From Gemmatimonadota bacterium (lineage in GTDB: Bacteria > Gemmatimonadota > Gemmatimonadetes > Palauibacterales > Palauibacteraceae): DNA of 64,000 nt. The notes beneath the pieces are model-generated. The model saw only the letters and a program-made list of their open reading frames with translations. It made no database searches and was not told where the DNA came from. This document shows, in pieces, positions 55,028-63,218 of the stretch. The DNA lies in contig OZ242312.1 of assembly GCA_965207805.1 (NCBI GenBank), forward strand, positions 1,068,748 to 1,132,747. Reading direction: 5' to 3'. The position numbers and the translations under genes are program-made. Numbering within the stretch: position 1 is the stretch's first letter; every line of letters starts with the position of its first letter.

Positions 55028-55145
55028 CTCGCCCTTCGTAGGTTCGGGGCAGCGAGCGCGACACGCGGGGCGGGCGGAGGTCGACATGGTGCGGAGACTA
55101 GAGACGTCGGACGACCCCCGAAAGCGGGACGCGAGGGGGCGGGGG

Positions 55146-58100
55146 ATGGCGCGGGGGCGGATGGCCGCCCCGAGGCCGGCGGTTGCCACGGGGCGGACGG
55201 TCGTCGCCCTCGGGCTGGTCGCGCTCCTGGCCCTCGGCTCGTTCGCCTGCCGCTCCTCCTCCGCTCCCGCCGCTTCGGGTCCCGGCGGCCCGGGTCTCGC
55301 CGCCTCGGGCGCCGCCGGTGCGGGTCCCGCCGGGGTGGGCGCCGCGAATGCCGCCCCCTCCGCCCCCGGTGCCGCCTCCGATCCCGCTGCGACCGGAGTC
55401 GCCGCCGCCGATCCCGCCGGTTCGGGCCCCTCCGCCCCCGGCGGCCGTCCGGTCGAGTCCGTCCTTTCCGCCGACGCACGGGCCTGGGTGGAGGAGACGC
55501 TCGCCGGCCTCAGCCTGCGGGAGCGGGTCGCGCAGCTCGTGATGGTGTGGATGAGCGGCGGCTACGCCCCGAGCGACGACGAAGAGTTCACGCGGATCCA
55601 GTCCCTCGTACGGGACGACGCGATCGGCGGGATCGTGATCTCGCTCGGGACCCCCCTCGGATACGCGGCGCGGTTGAACCGGCTGCAGGCTTCCGCCGAT
55701 GTGCCCCTGCTCGTCGGCGCGGACTTCGAGTCCGGCGCCGGGTTCCGCGTGAGCGGCGTGTTCGCGCTGCCGAACATGCTCGAGATGCCCGGCGCGACGG
55801 TCCTCCCCCCCGCGATGGCGCTCGGCGCGGCGGACGACGAGGACTACGCCTACTCCGCGGGCCGGATCACCGGCATCGAGGCCCGGGCCCTCGGCGTCCA
55901 CATCACCTTTTCGCCCGTGCTCGACGTCAACAACAACCCCGCCAACCCCATCATCAACACCCGCTCCTTCGGGGAGGATCCGCAGCGCGTGGCGGCGCTG
56001 GGCGCGGCGTTCATCCGGGGCGCGCGCGACGTCGGCCTCCTCGCCACCGCCAAGCACTTCCCCGGCCACGGAGACACCGGGACGGATTCCCACGTCGCCC
56101 TCCCCATCATTCCCGGCGACCGCGCCCGCCTCGACAGCCTCGAACTCGTCCCCTTCCGCCGCGCGATCGCGGAGGGCGTCGACGCGGTGATGACGGCCCA
56201 CGTCGCGGCCCCCGGCATCCTCGGCGCCGGCGCCCCGCCCGCCACGCTCTCGCCGTACTTCATGACGGACATGCTGCGCGACGACCTGGGCTTCGACGGC
56301 GTCCTCTTCACCGACGCACTCGACATGGCCGCGATCGCGGACGACTACGGGGCCAGCGAAGCCGCGATCCGCTCGCTGGAGGCCGGGAGCGACGTCCTGC
56401 TCATGCCGCGCGAGCCGCTGCGGGCGATCGCGGCCGTCGTCGGCGCCGTCCGTTCCGGCCGGCTCACCGCCGAGCGCATCGACGCCTCCGCCCGGCGCGT
56501 GCTGGAGTTGAAGGCGCGGGCCCGCCTGCACGAAGGCGCCGAGGTCGACCCCGACGCCATCCCGCGGCTCGTCGGCACCCAGTGGCACGAGTCCTTCGCC
56601 CGCGGGGTCGCCGCGCGCTCCATCACCCTCGTCCGCAACGAGGCCGACGTCGTGCCCCTCGAGTCGCGCTCCGTGCTGTCCGTGACCTTCGCCGGATCGA
56701 ACGACCTCGCCGCGGGACGCGTCTTCAACCGCGAACTCGGCCGCGCCATGCGGGTCCGCCGCGCCCGGATCGGGTTCGACACCCACTCCGCCGTCTACGA
56801 CTCGCTCCTCCGGCGCGCCCGCTCCGTCGACGCCGTGATCTTTTCCGCCTACGTCCGGCCGGGCGCCGCCAGCGATTCCACCGACCTCCCGGACGAGGTC
56901 CGTGGCTTCTTCGACCGCCTCGACGCCGCCGGCCGCACCTCCATGCTCGTCTCCTTCGGCAGCCCCTACCTCCTCACGTCCGTGCCGGAGGCGAAGACGT
57001 ACCTCATCGCGTGGGGCGGGGCGGACGCCTCGCAGGGAGCCGCCGCGCTCGCGCTCCTCGGCGCGCCGATTTCCGGCCGCCTGCCGATCTCTCTCCCGCC
57101 ACGCCACGCGCTCGGCGATGGCCTGGTCAGCGGGAGCCCGGAAGCGGAAGCGGGACCGGGGCCCATCAACACGCAGGGTCCCCCGCTCGAGGGCGGACGC
57201 ATGCGGCTGGCGTGGGAGGAGTGGCCCGTCAATGTGGGGATGGATGGAGATTCCCTCGCCCGCGTGGACCGGATCATCGATGCGGCGATCCGCGACGGGG
57301 CTGCGCCCGGCGCGGTGCTCGCGGTGGGGCGGGGAGACCGCGTCGTCCGGCTGCGCGGCTACGGAAACCTGGATTGGGCGTCTTCCGCCACGCTCCCGCC
57401 CGGGACCGCCGCGACCGATTCGAGCCTGTACGACCTCGCGTCGCTCACGAAGGTCGTCGCGACGACGACGGGCGTGATGCAGCTCATCGACAGCGGCCGT
57501 CTCTCCCTCGACACCCGCATCGGCGAGCACCTGCCGGAGTGGTCGCGGGGCTGGAAGCGCGACGTCACCGTCCGCCACCTGCTGACGCACCAGGGGGGCC
57601 TGCCGCCCTTCCTTCCCTTCTGGCGCACCCTCCGTGGAGAAGAGGCCTACCGCGAGGCATTCGCCGCCCTCGACCCCGATTACGAACCGGGGGAACGGAC
57701 GGTCTACTCCGACATCGGGTTCATGACGCTGGGGTTCCTGATCGAGGAGATCACGGGACAGCCCCTGGACTACTACCTGAACGAGTCCGTCTTCCGTCCG
57801 CTGCGGATGACGGAGACCTGGTTCGATCCGCCCCGCTCGCTGTACCGCCGCACGGCGCCGACCGAGGTGGATACCGTCTACCGGCACCGGCACGTGCACG
57901 GGGAGGTGCACGACGAGAACGCCCACGCGCTGGCCGGCGTGGCGGGGCACGCGGGACTCTTCTCATCGGCCCGGGACCTCTCGAAGTTCGCCGCCTGGAT
58001 CCTCGCCGCCGCGCGCGAAGGCCGGAATCTCGCCGCCGCCGCCCGCCCCGCGCCCGGGCCGTATACGCGTTCCTTCTCCGCCCGTCTCGACTCGCCCTCG

Positions 58101-58442
58101 CCGGAGACCGTCGCGCGGTTCACGGCGCGGGCCGCTCCCGCCTCGAGCCGGGCGCTGGGCTGGGACACCCCCTCGGGGCGCTCGTCGGCGGGGGACTACT
58201 TCGGTGAAGGCGCATTCGGGCACACCGGCTTCACCGGCACGAGCTTCTGGGTGGATCCGGAACTGGACCTCTTCGTCGTCCTGCTCACGAACCGCGTGAA
58301 TCCGACCCGGGACAACCGGAAACACATCGCGCTGCGGCGCGCGGTGCACGACGCCGTCGCGACCTCGATCCGCGACCAGCCGGTACGCCCCCGCGATCCG
58401 GGTGGCGCGGGCGGCCCGGCGCCCGAGGGACGCGACCGCTGA
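55146..58442 (+). CDS. Fusion protein: GH3 beta-N-acetylglucosaminidase (NagZ-like) + beta-lactamase-fold serine hydrolase (AmiE/PBP4-like)
   Basis: Single uninterrupted frame. GH3 N-domain (...KHFPGHGDTGTDSHV..., ...VMTAHV...), GH3 C-domain (...GRLPISLP), linker, then SxxK (ASLTKVV), YxN-like (YSDIG) and ...HTGFTGTSFWVDPE... Start uncertain (ATG 55086, 55146 or 55161); signal peptide ...VVALGLVALLALGSFAC. Confidence 0.8.
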   Translation: MARGRMAAPRPAVATGRTVVALGLVALLALGSFACRSSSAPAASGPGGPGLAASGAAGAGPAGVGAANAAPSAPGAASDPAATGVAAADPAGSGPSAPGGRPVESVLSADARAWVEETLAGLSLRERVAQLVMVWMSGGYAPSDDEEFTRIQSLVRDDAIGGIVISLGTPLGYAARLNRLQASADVPLLVGADFESGAGFRVSGVFALPNMLEMPGATVLPPAMALGAADDEDYAYSAGRITGIEARALGVHITFSPVLDVNNNPANPIINTRSFGEDPQRVAALGAAFIRGARDVGLLATAKHFPGHGDTGTDSHVALPIIPGDRARLDSLELVPFRRAIAEGVDAVMTAHVAAPGILGAGAPPATLSPYFMTDMLRDDLGFDGVLFTDALDMAAIADDYGASEAAIRSLEAGSDVLLMPREPLRAIAAVVGAVRSGRLTAERIDASARRVLELKARARLHEGAEVDPDAIPRLVGTQWHESFARGVAARSITLVRNEADVVPLESRSVLSVTFAGSNDLAAGRVFNRELGRAMRVRRARIGFDTHSAVYDSLLRRARSVDAVIFSAYVRPGAASDSTDLPDEVRGFFDRLDAAGRTSMLVSFGSPYLLTSVPEAKTYLIAWGGADASQGAAALALLGAPISGRLPISLPPRHALGDGLVSGSPEAEAGPGPINTQGPPLEGGRMRLAWEEWPVNVGMDGDSLARVDRIIDAAIRDGAAPGAVLAVGRGDRVVRLRGYGNLDWASSATLPPGTAATDSSLYDLASLTKVVATTTGVMQLIDSGRLSLDTRIGEHLPEWSRGWKRDVTVRHLLTHQGGLPPFLPFWRTLRGEEAYREAFAALDPDYEPGERTVYSDIGFMTLGFLIEEITGQPLDYYLNESVFRPLRMTETWFDPPRSLYRRTAPTEVDTVYRHRHVHGEVHDENAHALAGVAGHAGLFSSARDLSKFAAWILAAAREGRNLAAAARPAPGPYTRSFSARLDSPSPETVARFTARAAPASSRALGWDTPSGRSSAGDYFGEGAFGHTGFTGTSFWVDPELDLFVVLLTNRVNPTRDNRKHIALRRAVHDAVATSIRDQPVRPRDPGGAGGPAPEGRDR

Positions 58443-59875
58443 CCTCTCTCGACCTCGCGATCCTCGTCGTCTACCTCGGCGGGATCACCGCCTGGGGAGC
58501 GTGGCTCGGCAGGGGCGCGCGCGGGGGCGAGGAGTATTTTCTGGGCCGGCGCGACCTGCCGTGGGTCGTCGTCCTCCTGTCCGTCGTGGCGACGGAAACG
58601 AGCACGCTCACCTTCCTCTCGATCCCCGGCATCGCGTACGGAGGGTCGCTCGCCTTCGTGCAGATCGCGGCGGGCTACGTGCTCGGACGGATCGCCGTCG
58701 CCGCCTGGCTGCTGCCGGCGTATCGCGAGGGGCGGCTGCGGACGGCCTACGAACTGCTGGAGGCCCGTTTCGGGACGGAGACCCGACGGCTGACCTCCGG
58801 CATCTTCATGATCACGCGCCTCCTCGCGGATTCCGTGCGGCTCTTCGCGACGGCGATTCCGCTCACGCTCGTCACGGGGTGGCCGCTCATCGCCTCCGTG
58901 CTCGTGATCGGGGCCGTCACCTTCATCTATACCTTCATCGGCGGCATCCGCGCGGTCGTCTGGGTCGACGCCTCGCAGATGGCGCTCTACCTGGCCGGCG
59001 GGCTCATCGCGCTCGTCGTCCTCGGCGGCGCCGTGCCCGGCGGATGGCCCGAGATCCTCGCCCGCGCCGGGGAGGCCGGGAAGCTCACCGTCATCGACCC
59101 GTCGCTCGACTTCGGGCGACCCTACACGCTGTGGGCCGGACTCCTCGGCGGCGCCTTCCTCTCCATGGGTTCGCACGGCGCGGACCAGCTCATCGTCCAG
59201 CGCCTTCTCGCCTGCCGCGACCTCGCCGCGAGCCGCCGCGCCCTCGTCGGCAGCGGCTTCGCCGTCCTCCTCCAGTTCACCCTTTTCCTCTTCGTTGGCT
59301 TGGGCCTCTGGGCGTGGTACGACGGAGCCGCCTTCGTGCGCGCCGACGAGATCTTCGCCGGGTTCATCGTTGAAGCGCTCCCGGCCGGCGTCCGCGGCCT
59401 GCTCATCGCGGGCGTGTTCGCGGCCGCCATGTCTACGCTCTCCAGTTCGATCAACGCGCTCTCATCGGCGGCGGCCTACGACTTCTGGGCGGCGTCCCGT
59501 CCGGAGGCGGACGAGCGGCGGATCCTGCGCGTAGGGCGGATCTGGGCCGTGGTGTGGACGGCCCTGCTCGTGGCGGCGGCGATAGGGTTCATCCCCCTGA
59601 GCGAGGAGAGCACCGCGGTGGAGGTGTCGCTGGGGATCGCGTCGCTCGTCTACGGCGGGCTGCTGGGCGCGTTCGCGCTCGCCCGCTTCTCGCGCCGGGC
59701 CACGAGCCGCTCGACCCGGCTCGGGATCGTGTTCGGGATCGGATCCGTCACCGCGATATGGATCGGGGCGCGGGCCGCGGTCGCCTGGCCGTGGTTCGTC
59801 CTCATCGGCACGGCGGTCACGGTGGCGGTCGGCCTCCTCGCCGGCTCCCGCCGCGGTTCGCCCGCGTCGGAATGA
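58439..59875 (+). CDS. Sodium:solute symporter (SSS) family transporter
   Basis: Typical SSS N-terminus (LDLAILVVYLGGITAWGAWLGRG...EEYFLGRRDLPWVVVLLSVVATETSTLTFLSIPG) is encoded upstream of the first canonical start (GTG 58586). The only in-frame candidate is CTG 58439, overlapping the upstream TGA (cTGA). 12-13 TM predicted. Confidence 0.65.
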   Translation: MTSLDLAILVVYLGGITAWGAWLGRGARGGEEYFLGRRDLPWVVVLLSVVATETSTLTFLSIPGIAYGGSLAFVQIAAGYVLGRIAVAAWLLPAYREGRLRTAYELLEARFGTETRRLTSGIFMITRLLADSVRLFATAIPLTLVTGWPLIASVLVIGAVTFIYTFIGGIRAVVWVDASQMALYLAGGLIALVVLGGAVPGGWPEILARAGEAGKLTVIDPSLDFGRPYTLWAGLLGGAFLSMGSHGADQLIVQRLLACRDLAASRRALVGSGFAVLLQFTLFLFVGLGLWAWYDGAAFVRADEIFAGFIVEALPAGVRGLLIAGVFAAAMSTLSSSINALSSAAAYDFWAASRPEADERRILRVGRIWAVVWTALLVAAAIGFIPLSEESTAVEVSLGIASLVYGGLLGAFALARFSRRATSRSTRLGIVFGIGSVTAIWIGARAAVAWPWFVLIGTAVTVAVGLLAGSRRGSPASE

Positions 59876-62220
59876 AGTCGCGGGAAGTCGCGGGGATGAG
59901 GTCGCGGCGGGCGAAGTCGCGGGGAGCACGCCTGCTGGCGGCGACCGCCGTCCTCTGGGCCGCCGCCTGCGGCGATGGGGAGCCGGACGTCATGGGACCC
60001 GCCCCCGTGCCGAATCGCGCGCCGGAGGCGGTGGGGACGATCCCCGGGCGGACGCTGCCCGTCGGCGAGGCGGCGACGGTGGACGTGTCGGCCCACTTCC
60101 GCGACCCCGATGGCGACGCCCTTTCCTTCACGGCGGCATCGTCGAACGCGGATTTCGTCGGCGTTTCCCTGTCCGGCAGTACCGTCACCATCACCGCCGC
60201 CGCCCGGGGCGTGGCCACGATCACGGTGACCGCCAGCGATCCACGGGGTCTCGCCGCCCAGCAGCGCTTCGAGGTCACGGTGCCGAACCGGGCGCCCGAG
60301 GCCGGGGACGCGATCCCGGCGCAGACCCTGTTCGTCGGCGAGACGGCAACCGTGGACGCGTCCGCCCACTTCGGAGACCCGGACGGCGACGCGCTCACCT
60401 ACGCGGCGACCTCGTCGAACGCCGAGATCGCGACAGTCACGGTCTCCGGGGCCACGCTGACGATCCAGGCCATCGCCGCCGGCGCCGCGACGGTCACCGT
60501 GACCGCGAGCGATCCCGACGGCGCCGGGGCGGAGCAGCGCTTCGAGGTGACGGTGCCGAACCGCGAGCCGGAGGCCATCGGGACGTTGCCCCCGCGGACG
60601 CTCGCAGTGGGCGAGACGGAATCCGTCGTCGTGTCCGCGTTCTTCCGCGACCCGGACGGAGACTCGCTCGCCTACACGGCGGCCTCGTCGAATGCCGAGG
60701 TCGCCACCGTCTCCGTGTCGGGCGACTCGGTGGCGGTCACGGCGCTCGCGAAGGGCCTGGCGACGATCACCGTGACGGCCACCGACGGAGAAGGCCTGGC
60801 CGCGGAGCAGCGCTTCGAAGTCACGGTGCCGAACCGCGCGCCCGAGGCCGTCGGGACGCCGCCGCATCGGACGCTCGAGGTGGGCAAGACGGCATCCGTG
60901 GTCGTGTCCCCGTTCTTTGGCGACCCGGACGGAGACGCCCTCACCTACGCGGCGGCCTCGTCCAATGCCGAGATCGCCGCCGTCGCCGTGTCGGGCGACT
61001 CGGTGGCGGTCACGGCGGTCGCGAAGGGCCTGGCGACGATCACGGTGACGGCCCGCGACGAAGAGGGCCTGGCCGCGGAGGTGCGCTTCGAGGTCACGGT
61101 GCCGAACCGCGCCCCGGAGACCGGGGACGCCATCCCGGCCCAAACGCTGTTCGAGGGCGACACGGCATCCGTGGACGCGTCCGCCCACTTTCGGGACCCG
61201 GACGGCGACCCGCTCACCTACGCGGCCAACTCGTCCAGTCCCGATGTCGCGACGGTCGAGGTCTCCGGCGATACGCTGACGATCCGCGCGGCCGCCGCGG
61301 GCGTCGCGCTGGTGACGGTGACCGCGACCGATCCGGAGGAGGCCGCCGTCGCCACATCGTTCTCGGTGACCGTCGTGCCTCCCGCGACCCCATTCGAGAT
61401 CGAACTCGTGTTCGCGTCGTCCATGACCCGGGCGCAGGAGGCCGCGTTCCAACGGGCGGCGGAGCGTTGGATGGCGATCCTGGCGCCGACGGACCTCCCC
61501 GACGTGCGGCTGAACCGGACGCTGGGCTGCCCGGGCGATCCGTTCGAGCAGCATGTCGACACGGTCGACGACCTGATGATCGTGGTCTCGGTGGCCGAAA
61601 TCGACGGTCCGCTCGGGACCCTGGGACGCGCCGGGCCCTGCTGGGTCCGGACCGCGACATCGCTGCCCCTCTACGGCCGGATCCTGATGGACGCCGCCGA
61701 CCTCGACCGGCTCGAGACCCGCGACCTGGAGGAGGTGATCCTGCACGAAATGGGGCATGTGCTCGGCATCGGCCTCATCTGGGATCGTCTCGACCTGCTC
61801 CGGAACCCCGCCTCGGCAACGTCGACACCGGACACGCACTTCGCGGGCCCGCTGGCCATCGCGGCGTTCGACGAGGCGGGCGGCACGGGCTACCCCGGCG
61901 CCAAGGTGCCCGTGCACAACGAGGACGGTCAGGGATCGCGGAACAGCCACTGGAGGGAAGCCGTCTTGACGCTGGAACTCATGACCCCGTTCCAGCACCT
62001 CGGGGTGGCCGACCCGCTGAGCGCGATCACCATCCAGTCGCTCGCGGATCTCGGCTACGAAGTCGACCCGACACTGGCCGACCCCTTCCGGCTGCCGGGC
62101 GCGGACCTCGCGCGCGCCATCGAGGCCGCGCCCAGAATCCCCTACGGCGACGACATCTGGACCGGCCCCCTGATCTTCGTCGACCCCAACGGCCGCATCA
62201 CCCGCGTGATCCCCAGGTAA
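59872..62220 (+). CDS. Surface lipoprotein: 5 tandem Ig-like (He_PIG/cadherin-like) repeats + C-terminal leishmanolysin-like (M8) zinc metallopeptidase domain
   Basis: ATG overlapping the SSS stop (ATGA). Lipobox ...LWAAACGDG. Five 91-aa repeats each containing DPDGDxL(T/S)(Y/F). C-terminal HEMGHVLGIG (HExxH) plus ...SHWREAVLTLELMTP matching the M8 third-His/Met-turn region. Confidence 0.75.
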   Translation: MKSREVAGMRSRRAKSRGARLLAATAVLWAAACGDGEPDVMGPAPVPNRAPEAVGTIPGRTLPVGEAATVDVSAHFRDPDGDALSFTAASSNADFVGVSLSGSTVTITAAARGVATITVTASDPRGLAAQQRFEVTVPNRAPEAGDAIPAQTLFVGETATVDASAHFGDPDGDALTYAATSSNAEIATVTVSGATLTIQAIAAGAATVTVTASDPDGAGAEQRFEVTVPNREPEAIGTLPPRTLAVGETESVVVSAFFRDPDGDSLAYTAASSNAEVATVSVSGDSVAVTALAKGLATITVTATDGEGLAAEQRFEVTVPNRAPEAVGTPPHRTLEVGKTASVVVSPFFGDPDGDALTYAAASSNAEIAAVAVSGDSVAVTAVAKGLATITVTARDEEGLAAEVRFEVTVPNRAPETGDAIPAQTLFEGDTASVDASAHFRDPDGDPLTYAANSSSPDVATVEVSGDTLTIRAAAAGVALVTVTATDPEEAAVATSFSVTVVPPATPFEIELVFASSMTRAQEAAFQRAAERWMAILAPTDLPDVRLNRTLGCPGDPFEQHVDTVDDLMIVVSVAEIDGPLGTLGRAGPCWVRTATSLPLYGRILMDAADLDRLETRDLEEVILHEMGHVLGIGLIWDRLDLLRNPASATSTPDTHFAGPLAIAAFDEAGGTGYPGAKVPVHNEDGQGSRNSHWREAVLTLELMTPFQHLGVADPLSAITIQSLADLGYEVDPTLADPFRLPGADLARAIEAAPRIPYGDDIWTGPLIFVDPNGRITRVIPR
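60004..61371 (+). repeat. Five tandem 273-nt (91-aa) coding repeats inside the lipoprotein gene; copies 3 and 4 are ~90% identical at the DNA level
   Basis: Repeat units begin with ccgaaYcgNgNgccNgag (PNRAPEA/PNREPEA) at about 60004, 60277, 60550, 60823, 61096. Long exact stretches are shared between units 3 and 4 (gtgtcgggcgactcggtggcggtcacggcg; tcgcgaagggcctggcgacgatcac). Confidence 0.8.
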
Positions 62221-62236
62221 GAGGACGACGCCGGCG

Positions 62237-62707
62237 TCAGGAAGGGTCCGGCTTGCCGAACCCGTGTACCACTGTCTCGGAGAGGGTGGCGAACTGCGCG
62301 GCGGCCTCCGTGGCCATCGAGTCGAGTCGCGCCTCGAACCCATCCATCCGCGCGTTGACGTTCTCATGCAGACGGACGACGTGCTCGCGGACATCGGCGT
62401 GGCCAACCCGCAGTTTGGACATCTCGTCGGCGAGAGCGACGAACCGGCCCTCCCACTTCACGTCCAGCGCTCCGAAGCGGTTGCCGATGGCCTCGAAACG
62501 AAGGTCCATCTGCTTGAAGCGGCGATCCACCGCCTCGAAGCGGTTGTCGAAAGCCTCGAAGCGGCGGTCGATGGCTTCAAAGCGGCGGTCGATGGCCTCG
62601 AAGCGCGGCTCGAGCGCCCGCACGATGGTGGCCGCCAGGGCGGCGTCGCGCCCGTTACGTGTGAATCTGCGGATCAACGATGTCCTCCTCGCACCCGGGA
62701 GTTGCAT
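62237..62707 (-). CDS. Small coiled-coil protein with seven tandem heptads (RFEAIDR-like), hypothetical
   Basis: EPRFEAIDRRFEAIDRRFEAFDNRFEAVDRRFKQMDLRFEAIGNRFGALDVKWEG...; 21-nt periodicity at the DNA level; no signal peptide; 156 aa. Confidence 0.55.
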   Translation of the reverse strand: MQLPGARRTSLIRRFTRNGRDAALAATIVRALEPRFEAIDRRFEAIDRRFEAFDNRFEAVDRRFKQMDLRFEAIGNRFGALDVKWEGRFVALADEMSKLRVGHADVREHVVRLHENVNARMDGFEARLDSMATEAAAQFATLSETVVHGFGKPDPS

Positions 62708-62743
62708 GACGCCCGAAACATGCCCGGCGCCATCAACGGGCCA

Positions 62744-63064
62744 TCAACCGGATGCCGCTCCCCGCTGGTCGCCACGGTCGGCGGCCGGAGCGCCGGCCGG
62801 CTCGCCCCGCCGGAGCGCGGCGACCTCCCTGGTCAACTCGTACAGCTTCCTGTTCAGCCGGAACAGTTGGTCCTGTACGTATTCGTGCAGATTGAGGACC
62901 TCCCACCGCACGGCGACCACGTCGTTGCGCAGTTCGCCGTTCCTGAGCCCCGAGTCCAGGTTCATCCTTTCGAGCTTGCGGTCGAGCGCGTCGAACTTCG
63001 ACTCCAACCCCTTCGCGGCCGTCGTGCCGCTTGCCTCTTCGTGTAAATCGCTGGTGGTCAACAA
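62744..63064 (-). CDS. Small coiled-coil protein, paralog of the downstream heptad-repeat protein, hypothetical
   Basis: ...SKFDALDRKLERMNLDSGLRNGELRNDVVAVRWEVLNLHEYV... parallels ...RFEAIGNRFGALDVKWEGRFVALADEM... in the neighbour (shared (R/K)F(D/E)A(L/I)D..., (K/R)WE + coiled coil). 106 aa. Confidence 0.5.
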   Translation of the reverse strand: MLTTSDLHEEASGTTAAKGLESKFDALDRKLERMNLDSGLRNGELRNDVVAVRWEVLNLHEYVQDQLFRLNRKLYELTREVAALRRGEPAGAPAADRGDQRGAASG

Positions 63065-63218
63065 TTATCCCCCCATCCCCCGGGTAACGTCTGTTCCGCC
63101 CGGCGGCCTCTCGCTTCGCCGACGGCCCGCCTCACCAACGTAGCCGGTCCGGCCCTCGGGCGCGCACCGCACCCGCAAGCTGGCGCGGGGGCGGCGGGCG
63201 CGTCTACGATCCCCGGCT

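Noticed and set aside
54762-55145. Upstream extension of the NagZ-fusion ORF to the listed Met at 54762 (1226 aa)
   Set aside because: That N-terminal extension is the antisense of the NamZ coding region and is low-complexity (PTRRPSMRCEESASSTS…). A plausible signal peptide begins only at 55146-55161.
60004-61371. CRISPR array or other non-coding tandem repeat
   Set aside because: The 273-nt periodicity is in-frame and encodes five Ig-like protein modules inside a single ORF with signal peptide and protease domain. There is no short repeat-spacer structure anywhere in the window.
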